From positions 119,660,001 through 119,724,000 of the forward strand of contig NC_043000.1 in NCBI RefSeq assembly GCF_006345805.1: a stretch of DNA of 64,000 bases. Reading direction: 5' to 3'. Shown in pieces: positions 50,096-64,000 of the stretch. The notes under the pieces were generated by a model. The model ran no database searches, was not told the DNA's origin, and was given only the letters and a program-made list of their open reading frames with translations. Each line of letters opens with the position of its first letter. Positions within the stretch are counted from its first letter, which is position 1. Made by a program: the position numbers and the translations under genes. Source of the DNA: Octopus sinensis (lineage: Eukaryota).

Positions 50096-51437
50096 GTCTA
50101 GCGAGACAGCCATTTAAGTCCAATCAATGAACCCCACAAATCAGGCTTACCCTAACCACCAAGAGCAAATTTACTACTTCATTTGGGTTCATCAATCTTC
50201 AAGCATTTTGAGAGCAAGCCCATTACTGTAGGCCATTCCTGTCTCACCTTTACAACATATTCACTCCAAATCCTTACTTTATTGTTCCCCCTACCTTTCT
50301 CTTCTTACCTTTTTATCCAAGTGTAACTGGACCAAATAAAAAAGTGTCTGTTTTTAGTCCATTTAACCTTGTCTACTCTACAGCAGTCTCTTTTGCCATG
50401 GCCACCAGACTAAAACACATAAAAAATATTAAAAAAATAAAGAATAACCAGCCTGCTTTTCTTGGCCATAAAAAAAAGAAGAAATATTGGAAAAAATTTT
50501 AAAATGTTTAAAAAAAAGTAGACAAAATTATTTCCTGCCTGTTATTTTTTTTTTTGTCTTTCTTTCGTAACAAATTGTAAACAAACTATTGTTCAGACAT
50601 TGTAACTGCTACCATATTGCCTGGAAGTAATCACTAGATGACTTTTCCTTTCATCGTTATTAATATGTTTTATTAGAACTTGCTTAGTTGTGCTGGTACT
50701 ACTAGCAACAACAACAACAACAACAAAAATGATTATTACAATTGTTACTACTTTGGAGGATTTTTTTTTCCGGGGTGGTGATTCAGGTTTTGACTATGGT
50801 GGTGATGATGTTGATGATGATGTTGATGATGATGATTATGATGGAAATGTGTGGATTATTCTGTTGATGTTGGCATTGTGATTTTTGGTAGCGTATTTGG
50901 TGCTGGTGGTGGTCTTGTAGTATAAGTCTCACTGTTAGTAACTGATTAACTCTCTTCATGTGTGAGTCTGTTGCCGCTGTTTCATGCCATTGTTTCGTAC
51001 CAATTCCATTTTGCTCTGCTTAACACTACCTTATCTCTTGGGACTGGAAGTATTGGAGTGAGAGAGAGAGAGAGACTGAGGGTCTATAAATATCTCTATA
51101 TACAGAGAAATAGAGCATATATATATATGTGTGTGTGTACACAGACACATATATATATTTACAAAGGGAGAGGGAAGATATCTCAAGAGACTAAATATAT
51201 AATATATATACATATGTATATATATATATATGTATATAAATTGTGTATATATATATATATATATGTGTGTATATATATGTATATAAATTATGTGTATATA
51301 CATATATATATATATATGTATATAAATTGTGTATATACATATATATATATGTATATAAATTATGTATATATATACAAATATAAATTATGTATATATATAC
51401 AAATATAAATCATGTATATATATAAATTATGTGTGTG

Positions 51438-51498
<61 letters not shown>

Positions 51499-52302
51499 TA
51501 TAGGTAGAGAGAGAGAAAACATGAAGGTAAAGCTTAGGGAAAAAAGAAAAAATGTTTCACGAATTACTTGCATTTTACTGTTGTTGTCTTTGCTGTTTTT
51601 TGTTTTAATATTTTATATAATTTTATTACATCATATAATTATTATTATTATTATTATTATTATTGTTGTTATTATCATTATTGTTTTGTCTCTGGGTATC
51701 AAAGAAATCTTAACAGCATTTTGCCATTCATTTTAGACATATTGTGTGAAACTCATTATCATGTTTATAGTTTTTCGGTTATTTCTGCACTGAGGTTAAC
51801 TCAACTTTAGTACAGAAGGCTGTTGTCAAACATTCGCAACAGAAGAAGTCTTGGAAGATGATGTTGGTGATGATGGCAGTGATGGTGATGATGGCAGTGG
51901 TGATGTTGGCAGTGATGTTCGTGGTGGTGGTGGTGGTGGTGGATGTTGTTGTAGATTCACTTCACCGTTTTTTATTCATTTTTTCCCATCATTCCTATGA
52001 TGTCGATAGGTGATGGATGGCAAAGGTAGCAAGCAGACAATGGGCAAGATAGTTTACTTTTTATATAGTTTGTTACCTGATTGTCGGAAGTTCAAATCCT
52101 GTTTGAGTTAACCCTATATTCTTTTTTTCTTTTATATGCTTCAGCCCTAAGGCTGTGGCCATACTGGGGCACCACCAGTGGCCTTTGGTCTTAATTTGTC
52201 AGTTTTGTTTTTCATTTTCCATTTTTTTCCATTTTCAAATCAATTGATTTTGTTTTGTCTCAAGGTTTTCTATATTTCCCATGGATTTAGTTTGGTTAAT
52301 CA

Positions 52303-53200
52303 TGAAGGTGCATGGCTCAATGGTTAGGGTATTCAGGTCACTGTTGTAATGTCATGAGTTTGATTCCCAGCATTATGTTGTGTCCTTAATCAAGACACTT
52401 TACTTCACATTGCTCCAGTCCATGCTACTGGCAAAAATGAGTAGTACCTGTATTTCAAGGGGCCAGCCATGTCACAGTCTGTGCCACCCTGAATATCCCT
52501 GAGAAGTGCTGAGACCCCCTTCAGTCATGACTGACGGTGGGATTAGAAAGTTACCCTCCCAGGCACAAGTCCGGGAGTCCGGGCAAGGTTGTTTATGGAA
52601 GACCGGTAGTTGCCCGTGCATACCGGCCTCCCCTCTCCATGCCACCAGTGTTATCCAAGGGAAAGGCAATGGCCGATACAGCTTGGCACCTGTGACATTG
52701 CAACTCATTTCTACAGTTGAGTGAACTGGACCAACATGAAATAAAGTGTCTTGCTCAAGAACACAACACGCAGCCTGGTCCGGGATTTGAACTGACAATC
52801 TCACGATTGTAAGCTCGATGCTCTAACCATGGAGCCATGCGCCTTCACATAAGAAGTACCCTTTGGTTAACCCCTTTGTATTTAAAATGGCCAAATCCGG
52901 CCAAAATATTTCATCTGTTTTATGACCAGATCCAAACTGACCAGATCCAAGCTCTCACACCTACCCTACAATGTTATTCTACATCAAGTAATTGCACCAT
53001 CAAGATCTTGAAGATATGAGATAATGAGTGATTAATTCAAATCAATGTGAATCAATAAGCATTATGTTTGATAGAATCATCTGAACATTAAGAGTTAAGG
53101 GTATTCCTGTCTGTGGAATACTCAGCCACTTGCACATAAGCGTCTTTTGGTTGATTGGATCAACTGGAACCCTCGTTGTCATAACTGACGGAGTGCCAGT
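52303..53200. mobile_element. Nested cluster: tRNA-SINE (plus) interrupted by another tRNA-SINE (minus, about 52510-52848) and a TTAA MITE
   Basis: The host SINE breaks at ccctgagaa and resumes at ttaagggtattcctgtctgtggaatactcagcc. Confidence 0.7.
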
Positions 53201-53899
53201 CTGTCTTGTTAATAATCTCAGCCTAAGAAAGACACTGGACAGGTAGCAGACAGGTGGCAGAAAATATGGTGATTAGTAGCTGTGTCACTGGCACCTAGAG
53301 TTAATGTCGCTCTAAATTCATACCATGTGTTGTGTAATTCATTAAGGCACAGGTCCTAGTGTTGGCATAAGCTGTTGCACTCAAGATCATATGGTTATGG
53401 GTTCAATTTCTGTACTGGGTGGTGTGTTGTGTTCTGGAATCAAGCACTTCCTGTTACACTGCCCCAGTCCGCTCTGTTGAAAATGAACTGTTCTGGCTGT
53501 AGAGTATTGTCTTGTGGACTATTGTATCAAAATCTTGTGAAGAAAGACATCAGTGGCACTTAATGGCTACGGCACACTGAGCAGACGATGATAGAATTTG
53601 CTGTTAGGAATTGATAAATGTTACACTTGTTAGCTAATTCCTGTCTCGGGGAAAATATATTTGTGATAGACCAGCATCTTCAGCTTCCATTGTCATGACA
53701 TGAGGGTAAAACTTACTGGATCTTTATGCTTACTTGATCTTTGTGATTTGTTAGAGAAATAGTTAACTAATATACCAACCACTTCTTTACATCTGATATA
53801 ATAAATGTGAATGTCAGTGTGTCAGCTTGTCACACTTTTTCAACTTTACACCTAGATGTCGTAGCTCAACATATCATAACATTTTGGAATCAGATGGAA

Positions 53900-54390
53900 T
53901 TCGTGAGTAAACTAAAAACATTCTGGGCCAAATTTGGACCCGCAATCTTGAAATTTTTGATTCCTAAGTTTTCATTACTGCGATTGATTTTGGCGAATTT
54001 TCTACCTGATTTCTTGTGACAAATTTTTTTGTACAATAACAATTTTTTATAATCTAAAGGCTGACTCTGTGAGTAAATTAAACATATTCTGGGCCTAATC
54101 TGAACCCACAATCCTGAAATTTTGGATTCCCAAGTTTTCACTATCGTGATTGTTTATGGCAATTTTTTTTACATGATTCCTTGCGACAAATTTTTTTGTG
54201 TGATAACAATTTTTATAATCTAAAGTCTGACTCCGTGAGTAAATTAAAAACATTCTGGGCCAAATCCGGACTCACAATCCTGAAATTTTGGATTCCAAAG
54301 TTTTCGTTACTGCGATTCTTTATGGTGATTTTTTTAACATGACTTTTTGCGGCAAATTTTTTGGTACTATAACAATTTTTATAACTTGGA
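53900..54390. repeat. 166-bp tandem repeat, three copies
   Basis: gtgagtaaa...ttctgggcc recurs at about 53903, 54069 and 54235. Confidence 0.9.
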
Positions 54391-54449
54391 AATAAATTTT
54401 GGGAATAATTGAAATTAACTGCGATATCCAGTGATTATTTTTGGTAATG

Positions 54450-54570
54450 TTGTTACGTGGTTTTGTGCGACGAATATGATTATCATTGTGATATGACTCT
54501 AGAGGAAGCAATTGCAACAAATTCTCCAAAACAAGTCGGAGATCTGTTTGCAGATCTTCCCATTTGGGTT
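54450..54570 (+). mobile_element. Possible Helitron Rep-helicase coding relic
   Basis: EYDYHCDMTLEEAIATNSPKQVGDLFADL resembles the RepHel segment LEDDxHWDxTLEEA...SPxQLRxLFA as recalled. Confidence 0.45.
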
Positions 54571-55249
54571 AGTTGCTTAAAAGCTACATACTAGCTTTAA
54601 AACCACCTGATTGGGCAGTTTTAAGCTAGTATACACAATTTTAAAGCTAGTATATGCAATTAACTACAAAGTTTTATTTATTATTTTTCATTTGCCTGCT
54701 TACAACATGTGTTGTAGGAGTTAAATGGTAGTTTTTTAGTGCCATTTGGCATCTATTTTTAACGTGTTGGAGAAGGCTTTTCCTGATCCCTTTGATATAA
54801 TTATTCTTTTTTATTCTTTTCTGTCATTTGACTGTGGCCATGCTGGAGCACTGCCTTAAGTTGAGCAAATCGACCCCAGGACTTATTCTTTGTAAGCCTA
54901 GTACTTATTCTATCAGTCACTCTTGCTGAACTGCTAAGTTACGGGGATGTAAACACATCAGCATTGGTTGTCAAGCAATGTTGGGGGGACAAACACAGAC
55001 GTTTTTTCCGCCCTTGTTTTCGTATACATTTACTGCTTTCTTCCAAGGAATCTGATGCTCTTTGCTTAGTTTTTCCTTGGGGCTGGAGTATAACCAGCCG
55101 AAATTGCAAAGATAATCTGGAACTCAACTGAGGAAAGAAAGCTCCGAATGACCCATCCTTGTTTTCTTTGTATCATCTATCTAGATGCTTTGTTGTCCCT
55201 TTCTTGTATCACCTAACTGTCTGGATGTTTTGCGTTCTTGTCCCATTTT

Positions 55250-55256
55250 GTATTAT

Positions 55257-55299
<43 letters not shown>

Positions 55300-55311
55300 A
55301 TATATATATAC

Positions 55312-55346
<35 letters not shown>

Positions 55347-55353
55347 TTATATA

Positions 55354-55450
<97 letters not shown>

Positions 55451-55519
55451 TATATACATACATATATATATATGTGTGTATATATATACATACATATATA
55501 TATGTGTGTGTGTATATAT

Positions 55520-55550
<31 letters not shown>

Positions 55551-55635
55551 GTGGTGTATATATATACATACATATATATATATGTGTGTATATATATACA
55601 TACATATATATATATGTATATATATGTGTATATAT
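55250..55635. repeat. Long compound (TA)n/(TG)n microsatellite; similar tracts at about 10900-11260, 12238-12320, 21000-21960, 29380-30290, 46980-47290, 51195-51500, 56105-56235, 57540-57980, and (TAG)n at 45863-46035
   Basis: Direct inspection. Confidence 0.95.
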
Positions 55636-56190
55636 ACAGCAGGCTTCTCTCAGTTTCTGTCTACCAAATCCACTCATAAGGTTTTGGTTGGCCTGAGGCT
55701 ATAGTAGAAAACACTTGCCTAAGGTGCCATGCAGTGGGACTGAACCTGGAATCATGTGGTTGGTAAGCAAGCTACTTACCACACAGCCTCTCCTGCACCT
55801 ATGAATATAATTATTATAAATTTAGTATATAAAATTTACCTATGAGGTTTTATCAAAAGCCGCCTGATTGCATCTACCTCTTCCTGTCATTCTAAGTTCT
55901 CCTTCACAACCCTCTTGCTCCCTCCCTTCATTTTCATTTTTCTCCACATCAAGATGTGAAGTTGTTAGGAAGGGCATCCAGCTGTAGAAACCATGCCAAA
56001 TCAGACTGGAACCTGGTGCAGCTTTCCAGCTTGACAGCTCTAGTCAAACCGTCCAACCCATGCCAGCATGGAAAATGGATGTTAAAGAGTGATGAGGATG
56101 ATGATACACAGACACACACACACAGACACACACACACAGACACACACACACAGACACACACACAGACACACACACAGACACACACACACA

Positions 56191-56237
<47 letters not shown>

Positions 56238-57671
56238 GTTGTAACAACACTTTTCAAGCACAGCAAACTGCCAGGTGTCTTGGTTCCCTGTTGTCCTTTC
56301 GGTGGGTCCCAGTGTTTGCAGATCCTTTCTCACAAGCATGAGTGTGCTTATGTTTGTGTCTCGACTCGACATCATGTAATGTTGGAAATGAATTTTCATT
56401 CGTTTCCAATATTCTGCAGAAACAGAATATTACCTCGCTTGGAAACAGGTATGGGTTAGCAACAGGAAGGGCATCCTGGCTGTAGAAAATCTGTCTCAAT
56501 AAATTCCGTCTGACCCATGAAAGCCTGGAACAGTGGATATTAAAATGATGATGATAATGATGATGATTTCCTTTAGGAGACAGTGAAACAAAATGAGAGG
56601 TATCCAAGTATAGTTAAAAGTAGCTGCTGTTATCAGTATTCCTCATACACATTTGTCTCTTCCATTGTACCATCTTTGGCACCGGTATCTATCTAAATTA
56701 GTCATTTAGAATTGAGCAAAAATGAATTAGATGAAATAAATGAAATAAAAACAAAAATATGGCTAAACAAGGCAAAAACTAAAACCAAAAAAAAAATAAT
56801 AATTAAAAACAGGACAAAAAAGAATGAATGAATGTTTTAAATCTTGGAAACATATAATGAAATGAAATCTCGAACAGTTCAATTCATTTATTCAATTAAA
56901 AGAACATTAAACCATGGCATTATCAGTGAATTGTGTTTGTCTTTGGCTAACTGAAACTACAGTGGCCAGTCAGAATCCAAGAAATGGAACCCATCCTGCC
57001 CTCTCCCCTATTAAAAATTAAGCTAGGTGGTGGCTGTAGGGTGTCGGGATGTCAGGGTGGACTTCGAAGTCATTTATTAACGAAGCTGACCAGTCTGGCT
57101 AACAACAAATGGAAAACAACTAAAAGCACTTAATAGCAACATAAATAACAAGAACAATGAGAACAAGATCAACAACAACAACAAAAACAACAACAACAAT
57201 AATAATAATTATAATAATAATAATAATAGTAGTAGTAGTAGTAATAGTGAATTGAAGTTTTTGGCTGAAGATAAGTGATGATAATTATAAATTGCTGTTA
57301 TAAATGAAGAAATCTTGGCAGAAAGAGAATCTTCTCATAGGAGAGAGAGAGAGAGAGAGAGTTTGTGTGTGTGAATTGCGTAAGTTTGAGTGTGTGTGGG
57401 GTAAGATAGATTGATAGAGATAGATAGATTGATGGATAGATGGGGAGGGAGGGAGAGAGCAAGGAAGAGCAACTGAGTGAAGACTAAAGGTTGGGGTGGA
57501 AATGTTATTCAGAAGACTGACTGGGGGGAGAATCTGTGTATGTGTGTGTGTGTATGCGAGTGTGTGTATATTTATAAGTATGTATGTATGTGTATATATG
57601 CATATATGCATATATGTGTGTGTATATATATATATATATATATGTATTTCTTTGTATGTGTGTATATGCAT

Positions 57672-57715
<44 letters not shown>

Positions 57716-60651
57716 GTATGTATGTCTTTGTATGTGTGTATATGCATATATATATGTATGTATGTCTTTGTATGTGTATATATGCATATATATATATATG
57801 TATGTATTTGTATGTGTGTATATACATATATATATGTATGTATTTGTATATGTGTATAGGCATACACACACACACACATATCTATATATATGTATGTATG
57901 TATTAGTATGTATGTGTTTGCATGTATGTATATGTGTATATCTATGTATATGTATGTATACATATATGTAGTTATATATATAACAAAAAAAAAAAAGGAA
58001 AAGAGAGACCAGACAATGTGCTATGTTAGAACAAGTTTCTATGAAAAGTTAATTTCCCTAAGGAAATTAGGTTGAAGTAATAGGTTTAGGGACAGCTTAC
58101 TGACAGGGTTGGCAACCATCCCTGATGCCATTAAACATTACGCTACAATTATTTTTGCAATCCAATCAAAGTTTTGCTCAATATGGAGATTTTCCAAAGA
58201 GGCATTCCACCTTTGCAGAATAAAATACCGTAGTACAAGGAGGAATAGAGACGGAAGAAGAACTACAGCAGAGAGAAGCGAAAGAATGAAAGCCAAACAA
58301 CAAAGGTCCCATGTGATAGAAAGACGCTTTTTCTCCAAGACAAACAGCTGGAATATTGGTGTTCTTTTTTTTTGCTTTGTGGACTTTGATGTTAAAAAAA
58401 GGTTTTGGAAAGGAAATAAGGATATAAAGCTTGTTTGTTAGTGTTAGAAGTTATAGATATCACTTGAGTATAGTCGGCTTTCAAAAAAACATTTACGTTT
58501 CTTTGCCAGTGCCACATAAAAGCACGTGTGCTAGTGCCGCATAAAGAGGACCCGTGCTGACACCATGTAAAAAGCATCTGTGCCGGCATTACACAAAAAG
58601 CATCCTTGCTGGTGCTGTGTAAAAAGGACCTGTGGTGGCACCATGTAAATAGCACTCGTATTGGCGTCACATAGAGAGCACTCATGCCGGTGCCTTGTGA
58701 AAAGCACCTGTGTCAAGGCCACGTAAAAAGCATCCATGCCAGCACTACGTAAATAACTCTTGTGCTGGTGTTACATAAAGAGCATCCAGTACACTCTAAA
58801 GTGATTGCTGTTAAGAAGGGCAGCTATCTGTAGAAACCATGCCAAAACAGCTGACTGGAGTGTGGACAACTCCCTGCTAGCCAGCTCCTGTCAAACTGTC
58901 CAACCCATGCCAGCATGCAAACAAATGTTAAATGATGGTGATGACGATTATTTTGTTTTTGTTTTTTTCCCTTTTTATGTTTTAATAAAGGGAAAAGCAG
59001 TACCTGTAACCAATTATAGGACTTCCCAGATTAATGGGAAGCGAAGGAGGGGGGGTATCGTCAAACTTGCGACCTGGCCTAAATACTTGCAAAAACGTCA
59101 GCATCATCATCAACCCACAGACATTACTACCTCAAGTCCTAGGGCTCGAGGACCAGCTACCCATTATTTTCCCATGGCATATAAGTGACCAAGATCACAA
59201 CGTTTACCCTGAACAGGATGCTAGTCTGCTACAAGGTAACTTCTTTACTGGAGCAATCAGAAATGAAGTGTTTTGCTCAAGAACACAATGTACCACCTAG
59301 TCCAGGGATTGAAACAAGGATCTTGTGTTAGGTGGTAGTATTAAGTCAGGTGACAGGTCAAGTTTATCACCTAAGTAGGCCATGGTGAGATTTGAATCCC
59401 AAATGCAAAAAAGTCAGAACTAATACCACAGGGTATCTGGTCTGACATCCTTACATTTTTGCCAATCCACCATGCTGGATTGTTATTGTTTTTGTTGACT
59501 CTGAAAGGATGAAGGGTTAATTTGACTTTGGTAGGGTTTGAACTCATTGTGCTGAGAGCTGGAACAAACACCACGGGGAAATCTAGTTAATGGTCTAATG
59601 ACGCTGTCAATTCACCACTGTGCATGGAAGCTTTTAAAAGTGATACATCATCGTCATCATCATCACTATCGTCATATGATGTCCTTTTGTCCATACTTGC
59701 ATGGGTCAGATGGAACTTGTTGAAGCCTATTTTTCTACAACTGGATGCCTTTCCTATCACCAACCCACCCTCACTTGTTTCAAAGTAAGGTAATGGTTTC
59801 TCATAGCTAGACTAGTTTTTCACAGAAGATTGGAAGTAAAAACCTTGCCTGTGTGATGATGATGATCATCATCATTTACAGCCATCACGTGGTGTCCAGA
59901 CAAGGCAAAACACACACACACATACACACACGCATACACACACAATAGGCTTTTTTTAGTTTCTTCTTTCTTTATTGCCCACAAGGGGCTAAACATAGAG
60001 GAGACAAACAAGGACAGACAAAGAGATTGAGTCGATTACATTGATCCCAGTGCGTAACTGGTACTTAATTTATCGACCCCGAAAGGTCGTAAAGCAAAGT
60101 CGACCTCAGTGGAATTTGAACTCAGAACGTAATGGCAGATGAAATACTGCTAAGCATTTTGCCCGGCATGCTAACGTTTCTTATTTCTTTATTGCCCACA
60201 AGGGGCTAAACATAGAGGAGACAAACAAGGACAGACAAAGGGATTAAGTCGATTACATTGACCCCAGTGCGTAACTGGTACTTAATTTATCGACCCCGAA
60301 AGGATGAAAGGCAAAGTCAACCTCGTTGGAATTTGAATTCAGAATGTAACGGCAGATAAATACTGCTAAGCATTTTGCCTGGTGTACTAACGTTTCTGCC
60401 AGCTCACTGCCTCTTTTAGTTTCTCTCTACCCAATCTAAAACTCTCTTTTACTTGTTTCAGTCATTTGACTGTGGCTATGCTGGAGCACCGCCTTTAGTC
60501 GAGCAAATCGACCCCAGGACTTATTCTTTGTAAGCCTAGTACTTATTCCATCGGTCTCTTTTTGCCGAACCGCTAAGTTACGGGGACATAAACACACCAG
60601 CATCGGTTGTCAAGCGATGCTGGGGGGACAAACACAGACACACAAACATAT

Positions 60652-60701
<50 letters not shown>

Positions 60702-62573
60702 CAGGCTTCTTTCAGTTTCCGTCTACCAAATCCACTCACAAGGCTTTGGTCGGCCTGAGGCTATAGTAGAAGACACTTGCCCAAGGTGCCACGCAGTGGG
60801 ACTAAACCCGGAACCATGTGGTTGGTAAGCAAGCTACTTACCACACAGCCACTCCTACGCTTATATATGCAAAACTTTGGTCAGTCTGGAGCTATAGTAG
60901 AAGACACTTACTCGAGGTGCCAGGCACTGAGCTGGACTGAATCCAAGACCACCTGGTTGGGAAGTAAGCCTCTTGGCCATTCAGCCACGCTTTGTATATC
61001 TAGAAAATAGTTCAGAGATTCAAAGTGATTGTAGATGGAGTTAGTATGAGGTAATTGATAAGACCAAAAATTACGAAATGTGAAAACAAACGTCTGACTG
61101 TAAGCAGCGCATGACTGTTAAGCGGCAATAACCGAAAACGTAAACATCTTGAGACACAAACAATTGATGGAACACAGTTTGAACGTAAACAGAATCACCG
61201 GAAGCGGTTTAAAATACAATAGGGAATATTTAGGTTCATGAAAAGAGATTGTAAACAGAGTTTAGATACATGCAGAGTGGATTGTATGAAAGAATTAATC
61301 TTGCTCTTTAAAACTGGAACATAAATAATAGACTATTATTTTTTGTTTTTTTAAATTTTTTTTTTAACGGTATGACTTCTGGATGGTTACAGGGATGGTT
61401 GCAGGCCTTGCTGCTAGTTTTGCATTCTCTTTTGAGAAAATGTACTTTATTAATGTATCTCTGTTGATCTAGTGACATATAAAAGCTTTGCCACTGAAGT
61501 TTTGTTAAACATCTCGGTGTTTATACCGTGTTATTGACTCTTTAATGGCCATGACTTGTGGTTTGTTAATGAGTAGATGCTTTGCTATTTTTGTTATTTT
61601 ACATACAAACTTTTGTATATTTGTTCCTGTTGCTACATTTATTTATTGCACTTAGTGAAAACTATTGAAAAGGTTGCAAGATGCAACGAAAATTTTAGGA
61701 AAATAAAGATAAAAAAAAAGTGGAAATTTCACTGGTGAGTGTGTTTCATAATAAGGCACAAAAAGAAAATGAATCTCCCCAGACACAACAGAATATGCTT
61801 CAACACATGAACTCATATAAAGAATCTTGCAAACCAAATCCAAAAACGAAACTGGACATGATTGTTATTCAAATAAAACTTGGAATTATTATTATGGTAG
61901 ATAGATAGATAGATTAGATTAGATTAGATTGATACATACATACATACATACATACATTAAAACAAAGACTGGAAAATTTGGTATATTTAAAATTCCACAT
62001 TACACTTGTTTCGTTACAATATAGGAAATACGTTATGAATATAAATATTATTATTAGTAATAATAACAATATTTTAAATACGATACATTCATAATAGTTA
62101 TATACATTGAGAGAGAAGATTTTCTATGACCTAATGCCCTTCCTGTTGCCAACCTCACCTATTTCCAAGCAACGTAATATTTCTCCATTGGCAGACTTGT
62201 TTTCACAGAAGACTGGAAATGAATGACATCACTTGTATGAATAGTGATGCTCATTTACAACCATTATGTGTTGCCAAGACAAAGGAACTCCTCCCACCAC
62301 AAGCCTAGGATAACTCAAACTCCAAATAAGAACAGATATGGACTGTGACAAGTCATCCAACCCATGCCAGCTTGGAAAATGTTGATAAAAATAAAGACAA
62401 GATACTTAGGCATAGGAGTGGCTGTGTGGTAAGTAGCTTGCTTACAAACCACATAGTTCCGGCTTCAATCCCACTGCGTAGCACCTTGGGCAAGTGTCTT
62501 CTATTATAGCCTCGGGCTGACCAAAGCCTTGTGAGTGGATTTGGTAGATGGAAACTGAAAGAAGCTCGTCGTA

Positions 62574-62614
<41 letters not shown>

Positions 62615-64000
62615 TATATATTGTTGTATTTAGGAATGGTCATTTTGCCAGTTTAGCCAATAAAAACACACGCACTATATATTTGGTGTTACTTTGCTTC
62701 AGCATTATTTATTTTTTACTTTAATCTTAATCTTATTTCAAAAATCTTGCAAAACAAATATATATATATGTATGTATGTATGTATGTGTGTGTGTGTATA
62801 TGTTTGTGTGTCTGTGTTTGTCCCCCCCTCCCCAGCATTGTTTGACAATCAATGCTGGTGTGTTTACGTCCCCGTAACTTAGCGGTTCAGCAAAAGAGAC
62901 CGATAAAATAAGTACTAGGCTTAGAAAGAATAAGACCTGGGGGGGGGGGCGATTTGCTCGACTAAAGGCAGTGCTCCAGCATGGCCACAGTCAAATGACT
63001 GAAACAAGTAAAAGAGTATACTGTTGATGACAATTACCGAAACCATAATAGAAGATGAATACCATTTCTGAAGTCATCAGCCTCAATGACTTCAAAGAAC
63101 ACGGCTCTTCCTGACTCTTCAACATTTCCCCCTCAAACATAGCCAGCATGAAAGCCAAATTGTTTGCTTTTCTGAAGTGTCTACTTCTTTCGGTATTTTC
63201 ATTTCTTCATACATCTAACTAATAACACCACCTCTCTAAACACCCTTAAACTCTTGCTCACCTCATAAATTCACTTTTATCCATTTCTCCCATCAACGAC
63301 ATTGCTTAAATGAAGACAGCCAGCGCACATCATCCTATCTCATAGCAACCTTTGCTTCATGAACCTTCAGCTATTTTATGTTAACTAACTGGTTAGATCT
63401 CTCGTCAGTTCTATACATATGACAGCTTCCCTTGACCCATAAATGTAAATCACATTAAAATACTGCTCAGATATTTGTAAAAATGCTTTACCTAACCACA
63501 CACACACATCCAAGACTGCATCTACAAAAAGGCTTTTTACTAAATAATGACTTTTTCAACGTATCTCTGCCACCACTGTCTCCTACGTAAAACTTTTTCT
63601 TCTCTTCTATTTCTTCTACCACAACTACAATAACCTTTTTCTATTCTGATTCTGAATTCACATTTCCCTAATTCTTTAGGACAATACATATTTCTCTGCT
63701 TTGTCTGCTTGTCACTCTTGAAATATATATCAGGCCTGCTTTTCTATCCCTGCTGTTTACATTATACTGTTATTCAACATACATCTCTACCGACTTGCTG
63801 CAACGTATTGACTCTCTTGTGGTGATTTACAACTGTATTTGGCTTTTCTCCAGTTAAGCTGGACTACATCTATACAATTTTATTGGTAGCAGTCTAATGT
63901 TTTTTCCCCCCCTTCAAGATCTCTATTTTAACAGTACATGGACAGAAATACACTACTCCCTTGTATTAGTGAGAGACCATCTATCCTCCTCCTCCTCGTC

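Noticed and set aside
55075-55110. ggctggagtataaccagccGAAA, resembling stem II of the 3267 hammerhead
   Set aside because: No CTGANGA box upstream; at most a decayed relative.
58109-58441. 110-aa ORF as a further PNPT1 exon
   Set aside because: No similarity to the expected PNPT1 sequence in any frame I read.

Overview
AT-rich, microsatellite- and transposon-saturated animal genomic DNA. The SINE and RTE-LINE families look like those of octopus (inferred from repeat content, not verified). The only host-gene sequence I can support is three consecutive + strand coding exons of mitochondrial PNPase, PNPT1 (39431-39544, 40589-40775, 44512-44563). The first two can only be joined in frame through a non-canonical GC-AG intron. 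The rest is probably intron or intergenic DNA filled with tRNA-derived SINEs (CORE-like, Nin-domain and others), RTE and CR1 LINE fragments, Tc1, maT and mariner relics, TTAA-flanked piggyBac-type MITEs, hAT MITEs, a non-autonomous Helitron and a solo LTR. Almost all ORFs in the supplied track are microsatellite or repeat artefacts. The most interesting signal is a dispersed set of minimal Penelope-type hammerhead ribozyme motifs. One sits in the 3' half of a short element with a tRNA-like Pol III head (3218-3442), a candidate SINE/ribozyme chimera. Another (29179-29213) is nearly intact.
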